Shown here piece after piece: positions 27,018-36,514 of a stretch of 64,000 nt of DNA; position 1 is the first letter of the stretch, and each line of letters opens with the position of its first letter. Location of the stretch: assembly GCA_963662315.1 (NCBI GenBank), contig OY759353.1, positions 4,064,001 to 4,128,000 of the forward strand. The letters run 5' to 3'. Source of the stretch: Geopsychrobacteraceae bacterium (lineage in GTDB: Bacteria; Desulfobacterota; Desulfuromonadia; Desulfuromonadales; Geopsychrobacteraceae). The translations under genes were made by a program, and so were the position numbers. Under the pieces are notes generated by a model. That model ran no database searches and was not told the DNA's origin. It saw nothing but the letters and a program-made list of their open reading frames with translations.

Positions 27018-29249
27018 ATGTATCGCGTTTTAGAAAACGAAGTGTTGGCTCCACTGGTTCACCGCATGGTCATTGAAGCACCCCGGATTGCCGCAGCACG
27101 GAAACCGGGTCAATTTGTTATTATCCGCTGTGATGAAGGGGATGAACGTATTCCGTTGACCATTGCTGATGAAAACCAGGACGCAGGCACAATTACTATT
27201 ATTGTCCAGGCCATCGGTGATGCGACCAAGAAGATCGTCAGTCGCCAGCCTGGTGAATATATCCGCGATGTTGCCGGTCCGCTGGGGAAAGCTACCGAGA
27301 TCGAAAAATTTGGCAAAGTCGTCTGTGTCGGCGGTGGTGTTGGTACGGCTGTATTGTTTCCTCTGGCCAAAGCGCTGGCTGCTGCGGGTAATGAAGTGAC
27401 CACCATCATCGGTGGCCGCAGCGAGGCCCTGGTTATCCTGCGTGAAGAACTGGGTGCTTTCAGTAAAGAGCTGCTGATTACAACTGAAGATGGTTCTCTG
27501 GGAACTAAAGGGTTTGTCACCTCTCCTCTGGAAGAGATTCTTAAGGATGATGCCCGCAAGCCAGACGCCGTTTTTGCCATTGGCCCGGTCCCGATGATGA
27601 ATGCCATCTGTCAGCAGACCAAGCCTTATGGGGTCCATACCATCGTCAGTCTCAACCCGATTATGGTTGACGGGACCGGCATGTGTGGTGGTTGCCGCGT
27701 TACCGTCAACAACCAAGTCAAGTTCGCCTGCGTCGATGGTCCTGAGTTTGACGGTCATCTGGTCGACTTCAAAGAACTGTCTGCCCGTCAGCAGCACTAT
27801 GTCAACGATCAGCATGATCGTTACGGTTGTCGTATGAATGGTGGTGGCAAGGAAAACAACCTGACCCCCAAAGAGCGGATGGCGATCCCCCGGACCAGCA
27901 TGCCCGAGCAGGATGCTCACGTTCGCGCCACCAATTTTACCGAAGTCAACCTCGGTCTGGCCGCCGAAGCCGCTGTCCAGGAAGCCAAGCGCTGCCTGCT
28001 GTGTAAAACCCGTCCCTGTGTGTCTGGTTGTCCGGTAGGCGTACGTATTCCCGACTTCCTGGCCCGCGTTGCCGAAGGCCGTTTTGATGAAGCCGCAGAG
28101 ATCCTGCGCGAAGACAATGCTCTGCCAGCAACTACCGGTCGCGTCTGTCCACAGGAAACCCAGTGTGAAGGGGTCTGTGTGCGGGGTAAAAATGGTGAGC
28201 CTGTCGCTGTCGGCTGGCTCGAACGCTTTGTCGCCGACTGGGCTGCAGAAAACATGGAAATGAAAGTACCCGATGTCACCCCGACCGGCAAAAAGGTTGC
28301 CATTATCGGTTGTGGCCCTGGTGGCCTGACTGCTGCAGGTGAACTGGCCCGCAAAGGTCATGACGTCACTGTTTTTGAAGCTCTGCATACCAGCGGTGGG
28401 GTGTTGCGCTACGGGATTCCGGAATTCCGCCTGCCGAAAAAGATTGTTGATAACGAAGTGGCGAACCTGAGCGCTTTGGGGGTCAAGTTTGAGTACAACG
28501 TCATTGTTGGTCAGACCATCACCATTCCGCAGATCATGGACGAGTTCGATTCCTGTTTCATTGCCAATGGCGCGGGTCTGCCCATCTTCCTCAACCTGCC
28601 GGGTGAGAACCTTAAAGGGGTGTATTCCTCTAACGAGTACCTGACCCGTGTCAACCTGATGGATGCCTACAAGCGTACCAGTACCACCAAGGTTGCCAGA
28701 GGTCCAGTGACCGTCGTCTTCGGTGGTGGTAACACCGCCATGGATGCGGCCCGGACCGCCAAGCGGATGGGTGAGGGACGGGTTATTCTGGCCTATCGCC
28801 GGACCAAAGAAGAAATGCCTGCCCGGGTTGAAGAGATTGCCCACGCCGAAGAAGAGGGGATCGAGTTCATGTTCCTCGTTGCTCCGCTGGCCATCGGCGG
28901 TGGCGAAGACGGTTGGGTCAAGAGTGTTAAGCTGCAGCAGATGGAACTGGGCGAGCCTGATGAATCAGGTCGTCGTCGTCCGGTGGCCATCGAAGGTGGT
29001 GAAATCGAGCTGGAAGCCGATATCGTTATCATGTCCATCGGCACTACGGCCAACCCGCTGCTGACCAGCACCTGCCCGGATCTGAAGCTGAACAAGTGGG
29101 GCAATATTATCGCTGATGAAAACCAGATGACCTCAATGCCCGGCGTTTTTGCCGGTGGTGACATCGTTCGTGGTGGCGCCACGGTTATTCTGGCCATGGG
29201 GGATGGTAAAACCGCTGCCAAGGCAATGCATGACTATTTAAGCAAGTAA
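27018..29249 (+). CDS. nfnAB: Fused NfnA-NfnB electron-bifurcating transhydrogenase (PyrK-like plus GltD-like)
   Basis: N half: ERIPLTIAD, GGGVG, DGTGMCGGCRV..CVDGPEF. C half: RCLLCK..CVSGCPV, GRVCPQETQCE, YGIPEFRLPK, GGGNTAMD, GGDIVRGGATVILAMGDG. One continuous frame. Confidence 0.9.
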   Translation: MYRVLENEVLAPLVHRMVIEAPRIAAARKPGQFVIIRCDEGDERIPLTIADENQDAGTITIIVQAIGDATKKIVSRQPGEYIRDVAGPLGKATEIEKFGKVVCVGGGVGTAVLFPLAKALAAAGNEVTTIIGGRSEALVILREELGAFSKELLITTEDGSLGTKGFVTSPLEEILKDDARKPDAVFAIGPVPMMNAICQQTKPYGVHTIVSLNPIMVDGTGMCGGCRVTVNNQVKFACVDGPEFDGHLVDFKELSARQQHYVNDQHDRYGCRMNGGGKENNLTPKERMAIPRTSMPEQDAHVRATNFTEVNLGLAAEAAVQEAKRCLLCKTRPCVSGCPVGVRIPDFLARVAEGRFDEAAEILREDNALPATTGRVCPQETQCEGVCVRGKNGEPVAVGWLERFVADWAAENMEMKVPDVTPTGKKVAIIGCGPGGLTAAGELARKGHDVTVFEALHTSGGVLRYGIPEFRLPKKIVDNEVANLSALGVKFEYNVIVGQTITIPQIMDEFDSCFIANGAGLPIFLNLPGENLKGVYSSNEYLTRVNLMDAYKRTSTTKVARGPVTVVFGGGNTAMDAARTAKRMGEGRVILAYRRTKEEMPARVEEIAHAEEEGIEFMFLVAPLAIGGGEDGWVKSVKLQQMELGEPDESGRRRPVAIEGGEIELEADIVIMSIGTTANPLLTSTCPDLKLNKWGNIIADENQMTSMPGVFAGGDIVRGGATVILAMGDGKTAAKAMHDYLSK

Positions 29250-29270
29250 TCGCTTGTTTATCCGCCAAAC

Positions 29271-29302
29271 AAAAAGGGCCGCTGCTGCAGTGGCCCTTTT
29301 TT
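29271..29302 (+). terminator. Rho-independent terminator after nfnAB
   Basis: AAAAAGGGCCGCTG..CAGTGGCCCTTTTTT. Confidence 0.8.
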
Positions 29303-29413
29303 ATTTATACTCGTCTTCTTCTTACAATTCTCTGACACAAGCCTTATCTGTTTCCAACATTGATTTTATTAAGTTACCAGCTTGGATAATAACTTAATCT
29401 GTGGAGGAAATTG

Positions 29414-31171
29414 ATGAAACGTAAATGTGTTCTGATACTGTTCGCTTTCTGTAGTGTGGGCCTCTCTCTGTTGGCAGGGTGTGCTGATGATGGCGATAAC
29501 GGCGCTGATGGGAATAATACAGCGGACCAGGTCGTCTCCCTGAAATATCTGGCCAGCACCGAATCACGCGGGTTCGATGCCAGTGCTGCAGAGATTGTCG
29601 CTTTTGATGCTGTTCATGAGAAAATGCTGGTGGTTAATGCTGATAATGGCAAGGTTGATGTTTTTAATGCCAGTGATCTGAGTGATCCTTCCCTTGATGA
29701 AACCATCGATATTCAGCAGCTGCTGGTTGCCAATGGAGATGCGACAAGCGCCGCTGTTGTCGGTGCAGTCAACAGTGTTGCCTGTAACGGCAATCTGGTC
29801 GCCGTGGCAGTCGAGGCCAATCCGAAGACCGATAATGGCTGGGTCGTGATTATCAATGCAACGACTTATGCTTACATTGATGCTGTTCAGGTTGGTGCGC
29901 TGCCTGATATGGTGACCTTTACCCCTGATGGCAACAAGATTGTTGTGGCCAACGAAGGTGAGCCGAATGAAGGTTACAGCGTCGATCCGGAAGGTTCTGT
30001 CAGCGTTATTGCCACCAGCGATTACTCGGTGACCAATATTACTTTTACTGACGCTGACCTGCCAGCAAATGCCGCTACCAGGATGATTATCGATGGTTAC
30101 AGTGGCGCTGCTTCCCAGGGTTACAAAGCAAGCGTTGCTCAGAGTCTTGAACCTGAATACCTCACTGTAAGCAGCGACAGTTCCACCGCTTATGTTGTCC
30201 TGCAGGAAAATAACGCCATTGCTGTTATCGATCTGACATCCAACAGGGTTGAAAGAATCTTTGGCCTGGGCTTCAAAGATCACTCTATTCCGGGCAATGA
30301 GCTGGATGCCAGCCAGAAGGATGGCGTCAATATTCAAAGTCTTCCGGTCATGGGCATATACATGCCCGATGCCATTGCCAGTTACACCGTGGCCGGTAAA
30401 ACCTACCTGATTACCGCCAACGAAGGTGATTCCCGTGAAGATTGGCTAAACGGTATTACTGACCAGACCAGTTGTGAAACGGCCGGTTACTTCTTTTCTG
30501 CCGATGATGGTATCTGCGTCGATGAATTTTCTGCCAAAGATTACTATGACAGCGATAATGTCACATTGGTTGACAGCGAAGGAAATCCCTATTTTGCGAC
30601 CAGAGGTGGTTTTGGCGAAGATAATCAACTGCGGCGTCTGAAGTTTTCTTACTTCACCACGGTCGCTATGAACGGTGGCACTGAGTTTGAAAAGCTGTAT
30701 GCCTATGGTGCGCGCTCCTTCTCCATCTGGGATGCTGAGACCGGACTTCAGGTGTTTGATTCTGCCAGTGATTTCGAAGTCCTGACCGCACAGATCTATG
30801 GCAGCGATTTTAACAACGATAATGCTGAAAATACCGGTGATGACCGGAGCGACAACAAGGGCCCTGAGCCGGAAGGCGTGGCGGTTGGTGCTATTAATGG
30901 TCACACCTATGCTTTTGTCGGACTTGAGCGAATGGGCGGGGTTATGGTCTATGATGTTTCCAATCCGTATGCTCCAGAGTACGTTATGTACACCAACAAT
31001 CGTGATGTTGCGACTGACAATATCGAAGCCGCGGGTGATCTCGGCCCAGAAGGAATTACTTTTGTTTCAGCAGCAGACAGCCCGAACGGATCTCCCTTGG
31101 TTCTGGTTGCCAACGAAGTCAGTGGCACAGTTGCGGTTTATCAGATCGACGTGACCTTGTTGGAAAAATAA
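29414..31171 (+). CDS. Choice-of-anchor I / alkaline-phosphatase-like beta-propeller lipoprotein
   Basis: Lipobox LAGC; VGALPDMVTF, ANEGEP, LEPEY, ANEGD, RSDNKGPEPEG, GLER, NEVSG. Confidence 0.8.
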   Translation: MKRKCVLILFAFCSVGLSLLAGCADDGDNGADGNNTADQVVSLKYLASTESRGFDASAAEIVAFDAVHEKMLVVNADNGKVDVFNASDLSDPSLDETIDIQQLLVANGDATSAAVVGAVNSVACNGNLVAVAVEANPKTDNGWVVIINATTYAYIDAVQVGALPDMVTFTPDGNKIVVANEGEPNEGYSVDPEGSVSVIATSDYSVTNITFTDADLPANAATRMIIDGYSGAASQGYKASVAQSLEPEYLTVSSDSSTAYVVLQENNAIAVIDLTSNRVERIFGLGFKDHSIPGNELDASQKDGVNIQSLPVMGIYMPDAIASYTVAGKTYLITANEGDSREDWLNGITDQTSCETAGYFFSADDGICVDEFSAKDYYDSDNVTLVDSEGNPYFATRGGFGEDNQLRRLKFSYFTTVAMNGGTEFEKLYAYGARSFSIWDAETGLQVFDSASDFEVLTAQIYGSDFNNDNAENTGDDRSDNKGPEPEGVAVGAINGHTYAFVGLERMGGVMVYDVSNPYAPEYVMYTNNRDVATDNIEAAGDLGPEGITFVSAADSPNGSPLVLVANEVSGTVAVYQIDVTLLEK

Positions 31172-31199
31172 CCATATTTTATAATAATAACAGGTGGTT

Positions 31200-31232
31200 A
31201 AAAAGACGGGCTGTGTTTAGCCCGTCTTTTTT
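31200..31232 (+). terminator. Rho-independent (possibly bidirectional) terminator
   Basis: AAAAAGACGGGCT..AGCCCGTCTTTTTT. Confidence 0.8.
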
Positions 31233-31335
31233 GCGCTGAGAAGATGTTTCCTGTACGGGGGTAATTGGTTAGGCAAAATGCTGAGGCGTATTAAAGTCGT
31301 TGCTATGATGAACCTTCTTTAAATCGTGAGTGGTG

Positions 31336-31791
31336 TTAACGTTTTTGCTGATGCTGGGCCAGCAGTTTGTCCAGTTGACCGGCAAAGTACTGGCGGTCTT
31401 TTTTACTGAACGCTGCCGGTCCCCCGGACTCTATGCCGACAGCCCGTAAGGTGTCGAAAAAATCCCGCATATTGAGGCGTTCCCGGATATTTTCCGGAGT
31501 ATAAAGCTCGCCACGCGGATTCAGTGCCTGCCCTTGTTTACTGATAACTTCTGCAGCCAGGGGGATGTCAGCGGTAATGACCAGATCTCCCGGGCACAGG
31601 TTGCGGACAATTTCATTATCGGCCACATCAAAACCTGGGGGGACCAGAATAAAGCTGATGTTTTGCCCCCGAGGCACCTTCATCTGATGATTTGCGACCA
31701 GGGTTAACGGTATGCCAGTTCGCTCGGCAGCACGGAACAGGATTTCCTTGATTACGCCCGGGCAGGCATCGGCATCGACCCATATTTTCAT
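31336..31791 (-). CDS. YaiI/YqxD (UPF0178) family protein
   Basis: [29 protein letters not shown]. Confidence 0.92.
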   Translation of the reverse strand: MKIWVDADACPGVIKEILFRAAERTGIPLTLVANHQMKVPRGQNISFILVPPGFDVADNEIVRNLCPGDLVITADIPLAAEVISKQGQALNPRGELYTPENIRERLNMRDFFDTLRAVGIESGGPAAFSKKDRQYFAGQLDKLLAQHQQKR

Positions 31792-31826
31792 GTTTACTTC
31801 CTTTGTGGGAAACGAGGCACGCCAAT

Positions 31827-32426
31827 TCAGGCGATTTTTTCCGAATAGGTGAAGGAGAGATCAAAAAGATTTAAAAAATTGTCCACCAGCCGGTATGTGA
31901 TCCCCCACAATGGACGGGAGCTCCATTCGTTGAGATGAACCACGGGATGCTGGCGGTCTGTTCCGCGATGAAAAAAGTGCATGTGCCTGTTGCGTTGCGG
32001 TTCGAGCAGCGTGGCCAGGGGAATCCAGAAATATTTGACCACCTCTCCGTTGATGCGAAAGACCGCTTGTTCCGAAATCGTGTAGACGAAACACGAAATC
32101 CGGACCGAAAGAAAGGCCCCGGCCATGTCATCGCAACGACCGAGGTAATTAGCGTTGGTCAGCGTATAACCGATCTCTTCCCACGTTTCCCGCTCCGCAG
32201 CCGCTCGCGGAGACGGGTCATCTGCTTCGATGCGTCCACCGGGAAAACCGAGATCCCCCGACCACGGGTCTTTCTCGTGCTCCGCCCGCTGAATAAACAG
32301 AACTTCTGTTCCCTTTTTGCCATGGCGGAGAATCATTGCCACCGCTGCCTGACGCTCTGCGTCCATATTGGACAGACGAGGCTGATAATTGGTCAGGCGA
32401 GTTCTGATGTCTTCAATTTCAAGCAT
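31827..32426 (-). CDS. Nudix hydrolase, CoA pyrophosphatase-like
   Basis: [23 protein letters not shown]udix box, LWGITY. Confidence 0.9.
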   Translation of the reverse strand: MLEIEDIRTRLTNYQPRLSNMDAERQAAVAMILRHGKKGTEVLFIQRAEHEKDPWSGDLGFPGGRIEADDPSPRAAAERETWEEIGYTLTNANYLGRCDDMAGAFLSVRISCFVYTISEQAVFRINGEVVKYFWIPLATLLEPQRNRHMHFFHRGTDRQHPVVHLNEWSSRPLWGITYRLVDNFLNLFDLSFTYSEKIA

Positions 32427-32947
32427 GTTTATCCTGGTACAGAAAGGTGACTTGCATTTTCCCGATCGTGATTTAAAGCGGCAGGCGCAACGGGCAAATA
32501 TAATTTGCCCTCCGGCTTCACATTGTTTCAGGTATCCCCGGTTTGTTTGTTGAATACAGACCCATCGGGAACAACCCTTTTATGGTAAGGCCGTCCACTG
32601 TTCTTTGACAAGGGATAAATTGCCAGCAATAGGCTAACTGATTAATACAATCTTCCACATGTCTTGACAAAAAAAATAAGTAGGTTTACATAACGTACAC
32701 TTATGGCTTTATTTCACTTATTGGGGGAGGAAGTGGGATGGACATTTTATAAGTAGATATTTAAACGTCGTCGATCCGGAAATTATGGATTGCGGCGTTT
32801 TTGTTTTATGGGCTGCCTCGTGTTAGCAAGCATAACAAGTTCATGCGGACAAACACGTGGCCGCTTCGTATGGCATGGAACAATCCACCCACCTCTCATT
32901 TGGCTAAAAATCAAAACCAGATGCACCAAGGGCACGTCGCAGCGAGC

Positions 32948-33052
32948 GTCTAACGGGCCGCTCAAGCGGACGGCTGTAATAATCTACAAATACGCTAAAG
33001 TCGGTACTAGTTGAAACTTTCTATCGCCGCCGCTTAGCTCAACTGGTTATGC
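32948..33052 (+). mobile_element. Integron attC recombination site
   Basis: R'' GTCTAAC, 5-nt spacer, L'' GCTCAAGC, L' GCTTAGC, R' GTTATGC. GCT(C)AAGCGG(A)CGGC pairs with GCCGCCGCTTAGC leaving two extrahelical bases. Confidence 0.85.
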
Positions 33053-33093
33053 TTCTTAAATGAACTGAAACACAACAAACACTGGAGGTGTAA

Positions 33094-33738
33094 TTGGACA
33101 TTCGGCAAGTAGCAAACAAAAACAAATATGAGCTTGCAGCTTCAAGTTACGATTTTATTGCCTACCTCATGAGCCTTGGTCAGGCTACCCGCCTTTACGA
33201 AGAAGTAGCAAATAAAGTCGATCTTCCCACGGGAGGTACTTTAGTCGAACTTGGCTGCGGACCCGCATCTGTCATTCCAAGCATTTTGAAAAAAACCGAT
33301 GATTCGTCTGAAATAATAGGCATCGATTTTTCTAGCCAAATGATCGAAATAGCCAACCGAAAAAAAGAAAATCACAGTTGGCATAATGTCCAGTTTGAAT
33401 GCATGGACATGTATGAGTTTTCTCCATCAAAAAAAGTCGACACCGTGGTTTTCTGCCTCGCACTAACTGCAATGCCTGACTATAAAAAGGCAATAGAAAA
33501 GGCACTTTCAATCTTAAAGCCAGGGGGACAACTTCTCATTATTGACTCGTTCCCCCTCCAAACTAAATGGTACCATTCAATTTCAAATCTCTACATTCAA
33601 CTAAAATCAATGGTTGTGGGTGCGAAACCTGTCACTGAAATAGTCGACTTTATAAAAGGGAAAACCGAACAGTTTGAAAATCAAGAAATGGTTTATGGTA
33701 TTTACACGTTAATCAACACCAGAAAAAGGCAGGCCTAA
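33094..33738 (+). CDS. Class I SAM-dependent methyltransferase, gene-cassette-like
   Basis: VELGCGP, IGIDFS, LKPGG; AT-rich; starts 41 nt after attC R' and its stop lies within GCCTAAC. Confidence 0.85.
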   Translation: MDIRQVANKNKYELAASSYDFIAYLMSLGQATRLYEEVANKVDLPTGGTLVELGCGPASVIPSILKKTDDSSEIIGIDFSSQMIEIANRKKENHSWHNVQFECMDMYEFSPSKKVDTVVFCLALTAMPDYKKAIEKALSILKPGGQLLIIDSFPLQTKWYHSISNLYIQLKSMVVGAKPVTEIVDFIKGKTEQFENQEMVYGIYTLINTRKRQA

Positions 33739-33945
33739 CACTTATCAGGCCCCCGGCCGTCAAGAGTAAAGAATAGCGTTAACGCAAAAGATTCACCTTT
33801 TCGTTCTTTGACAAGCGACTGATCAACTAAGCAGCCATCCGGTTTCTGACTTGGGCTTTTGAACGGGCTGCTGTCACGATCCTGCTCCCAAACACTTATC
33901 GAGGCTCTTTACACAGACAGGAAGTCTCGGGGGCAGGGAGGTATC

Positions 33946-34982
33946 GGGGTCAAACCTGGACATGGGACATCGAGTACAATCTAGTTATCTAAAATAGCAA
34001 TGTCGTATGGAGGGGGGGGACTATGGCGCGTCAATTGCGGTTGGAATACGAAGGAGCGATTTACCATATCACTGCTCGCAGGAACGAGCGGAAGAAAATT
34101 TATCATTCACAGAGAGATTACACCAAGTTCAAAGAGTATCTGAAGCTGTCCAAAAAACGCTTCGGCTGTATTGTCCATGCACACGTGTTGATGGGAAATC
34201 ACTACCATCGGATTCTTGAAACACCGGAGGGGAACCTCAGCAAGGTGATGCACTTCCTCAAGGGCTCTACACGAAAAGGAAGCGCTCGGGACATCTTTGG
34301 CAGGGGCGGTTCAAGTCGATTCTTGTTGACCGGGATAGTTATCTCCTGGAATTGAGTCGATATCTGCATCTCAACCCGGTTCGGGCCGGGATGGTGGATC
34401 ATCCGGGGGAGTATTCGCACAGCAGCTACAGGTACTTTGTATCGGATACTTCCGATGAAGTTTCATCGCCGCAGGTGATCCTGGAAATGTTGTCGCAAGA
34501 GCACGTTGCAGCTCGGAAGAAATATCAGGACTTTGTCGAAAAGACGATTGGGAAAGAGCTGGAAAATCCATTTGATACGGTTTATGCCGGATTGGTGATG
34601 GGTCGTGAGAGTTTTGTTCGAAGCACTCTCGACCGGTTGAGAAACGAGCAGCTGTAGGATGAAGAGATTCCCTGTCGAAGAAAACTTCAGTGCAGTATTT
34701 CAGAGCGGCAGGTGGTGGCGAGCATATTACACCATTTTCAGTTAGGCGAAGAGGATTTGCCCAAACCTTCGGGGCTGTTCGCCCGCAATTGGGCGATCTA
34801 CCTTCTCAAGCATTATGTCGGAACCACAAGTCGAGAAGCCGGAGAGGTTCTTGGCGGGATGAGCTGCTCCGCAGTGGCAAAAAACTACCAGCGTTTCGCC
34901 AAAAAGGTGGAGTCGGATCCTGATTTACAGAAAGAGATTGAGAATATTTGGCTGGGGATGTCCCATGTCCAGGTGTGACCCC
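33946..34982 (+). mobile_element. Y1/HUH (RAYT-like) element with 25-bp terminal inverted repeats
   Basis: GGGGTCAAACCTGGACATGGGACAT (33946-33970) vs ATGTCCCATGTCCAGGTGTGACCCC (34958-34982), 24/25 complementary. Confidence 0.85.
34023..34978 (+). pseudogene. Y1_Tnp (REP-associated tyrosine transposase-like) with DnaA-C-like HTH, disrupted
   Basis: MARQLR..YHITAR, LMGNHYH (HUH), GHLWQGRFKS, SRYLHLNPVRAG. Frameshift near 34270, stop at 34655, further shift near 34700. Confidence 0.88.
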
Positions 34983-35039
34983 TTAATGTGTGGTGACCCC
35001 TTAATGTGTGTGACCCCTTAATGTGTGCTTAATGTTGTG
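34976..35039 (+). repeat. Tandem 17-nt repeat TGACCCCTTAATGTGTG x3 plus a partial copy
   Basis: Copies at 34976, 34994 and 35011; partial copy at 35028-35039. Confidence 0.95.
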
Positions 35040-35139
35040 CTGTGTCCTTCTTGTTGGCCCCTTTTAAAATCATTTTGTTGACCAAGAACGTCCATGTTAT
35101 AAACGCATTTTCTTGCAATTGCAAAGGACACTGTCTGAT

Positions 35140-36054
35140 ATGAGAAAAACTATAATTACAAGCTTAATGATCCTGTGTTGTGCAAACGTTGTTCATGCTG
35201 CATCTGCTGTATTGCTTGAGAATCCATCTCCACTGTATTTTGTGAACCCTGGCGAGCAAACTATAAAAACAATCGAATCTATACTTGTAGAATCTATACG
35301 TAGAACTACAACTCAGATAGAAGAATGGTCAATTGAATCAACAGCACCAAGTAAACTTGTTGCAAAATTAGTCGTAAGAAACAAGCATACAGCATTTATT
35401 TGCCTTGACTATACTCCAGACAAAATAATTATATCTTATAAAGATAGCTATAATTTGAAATTTAAGAAGGTTCAAAACAGGTTTGATTTCATTCATCCTA
35501 ATTATATGAAATGGGTGGATAAGCTTGTCTTCAATATTAAAAAGGAATTCCAATTCAGAAAAATTGATCTGACAGAAACACCAATACCGGTTGCGGCTGC
35601 AGCCAATCAACAGACAATCCTATTAGCTGCCCGCGCAGAGCCTGGTCGGCGCGATGGGTTAAGGGCAGATCGTACCACTGAGGCGTTTTCTAAAAGTTAT
35701 CTAAGGTTGATCAATAAACAGATCTTTAAGACAAAACCAGATCATGTATTTGTAAAGACATTGACAGACCTAGATAAAACCAAACAATTGATAGAAGATG
35801 ACAGAGATAATTCGGTCAGTGAAGAATTATGCAAAACTCAGAATGTTGATAAGATATTTGTTGCTTCTAGCCCTGCAAATCCAGGTGGTGCAGGCACTCG
35901 TTATGTCTATTACTCATTATATATATGCGCAAACGGGCGCAAGTTCAAAGAAAAATACACCATCAAACGCAGCAACTATGATGCGTTTGGTTATCAAATT
36001 GGAAAGTTGCATGCGACTGAAGATTTCATTAATTATAGCCGGGCATATAATTAG
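35140..36054 (+). CDS. Exported hypothetical protein, AT-rich
   Basis: Signal peptide ending VHA-A; long ORF with atypical base composition; the N-domain (RNKHTA..YKDSYNL..IHPNYMKWV) recalls a family of small uncharacterised lipoproteins. Confidence 0.7.
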   Translation: MRKTIITSLMILCCANVVHAASAVLLENPSPLYFVNPGEQTIKTIESILVESIRRTTTQIEEWSIESTAPSKLVAKLVVRNKHTAFICLDYTPDKIIISYKDSYNLKFKKVQNRFDFIHPNYMKWVDKLVFNIKKEFQFRKIDLTETPIPVAAAANQQTILLAARAEPGRRDGLRADRTTEAFSKSYLRLINKQIFKTKPDHVFVKTLTDLDKTKQLIEDDRDNSVSEELCKTQNVDKIFVASSPANPGGAGTRYVYYSLYICANGRKFKEKYTIKRSNYDAFGYQIGKLHATEDFINYSRAYN

Positions 36055-36514
36055 GTTTTGTTGCGAGCAGGAGCACAGAGGGGTCTTCTCAACCGCATAA
36101 AGGGGACTGAGGTCGGACAACACCTGGCCTATTCCGCAACTCGTTCAGCCTTAAGGGTAGGGTCTTATATGAGGAAGGGGGTGCCTTACAGAACTTATTA
36201 AATGGGGAAATGTAAAGGACGTCCCCCTTTGCTACTCCAGCATGTGGCTCTACGTGATTGTCACGCAACCCACGTTCACAAACGAGACATGGGTAAATGA
36301 GGTACGCTCCCCAATTTCCAATAAGTCTCCGTCATCATCTCTAGCACATTAAACGTCCCGGCTACCAAATTGTGGAGCGAAGCGTTCTCGCAAATTTTGC
36401 TGCAGCGGAATCTTGCTTCGCCTAAGGTGAAATCGGACAGTCATAGGCATAAAATCCCTCAAAATCTCGTAAGTTTTAAAACGAATGTTTACACCAATGA
36501 GATCCGGAGGTTGC

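Noticed and set aside
27030..28844. 604-aa antisense ORF over nfnAB
   Set aside because: Mirror-frame shadow of a strongly codon-biased gene; no recognisable motifs.
32830..32870. Second attC starting at GCATAACAAGTTC
   Set aside because: No matching L'/R' arm can be found.
34976..35039. CRISPR-like mini-array
   Set aside because: The 17-nt units are contiguous and identical with no unique spacers; no cas genes in the window.
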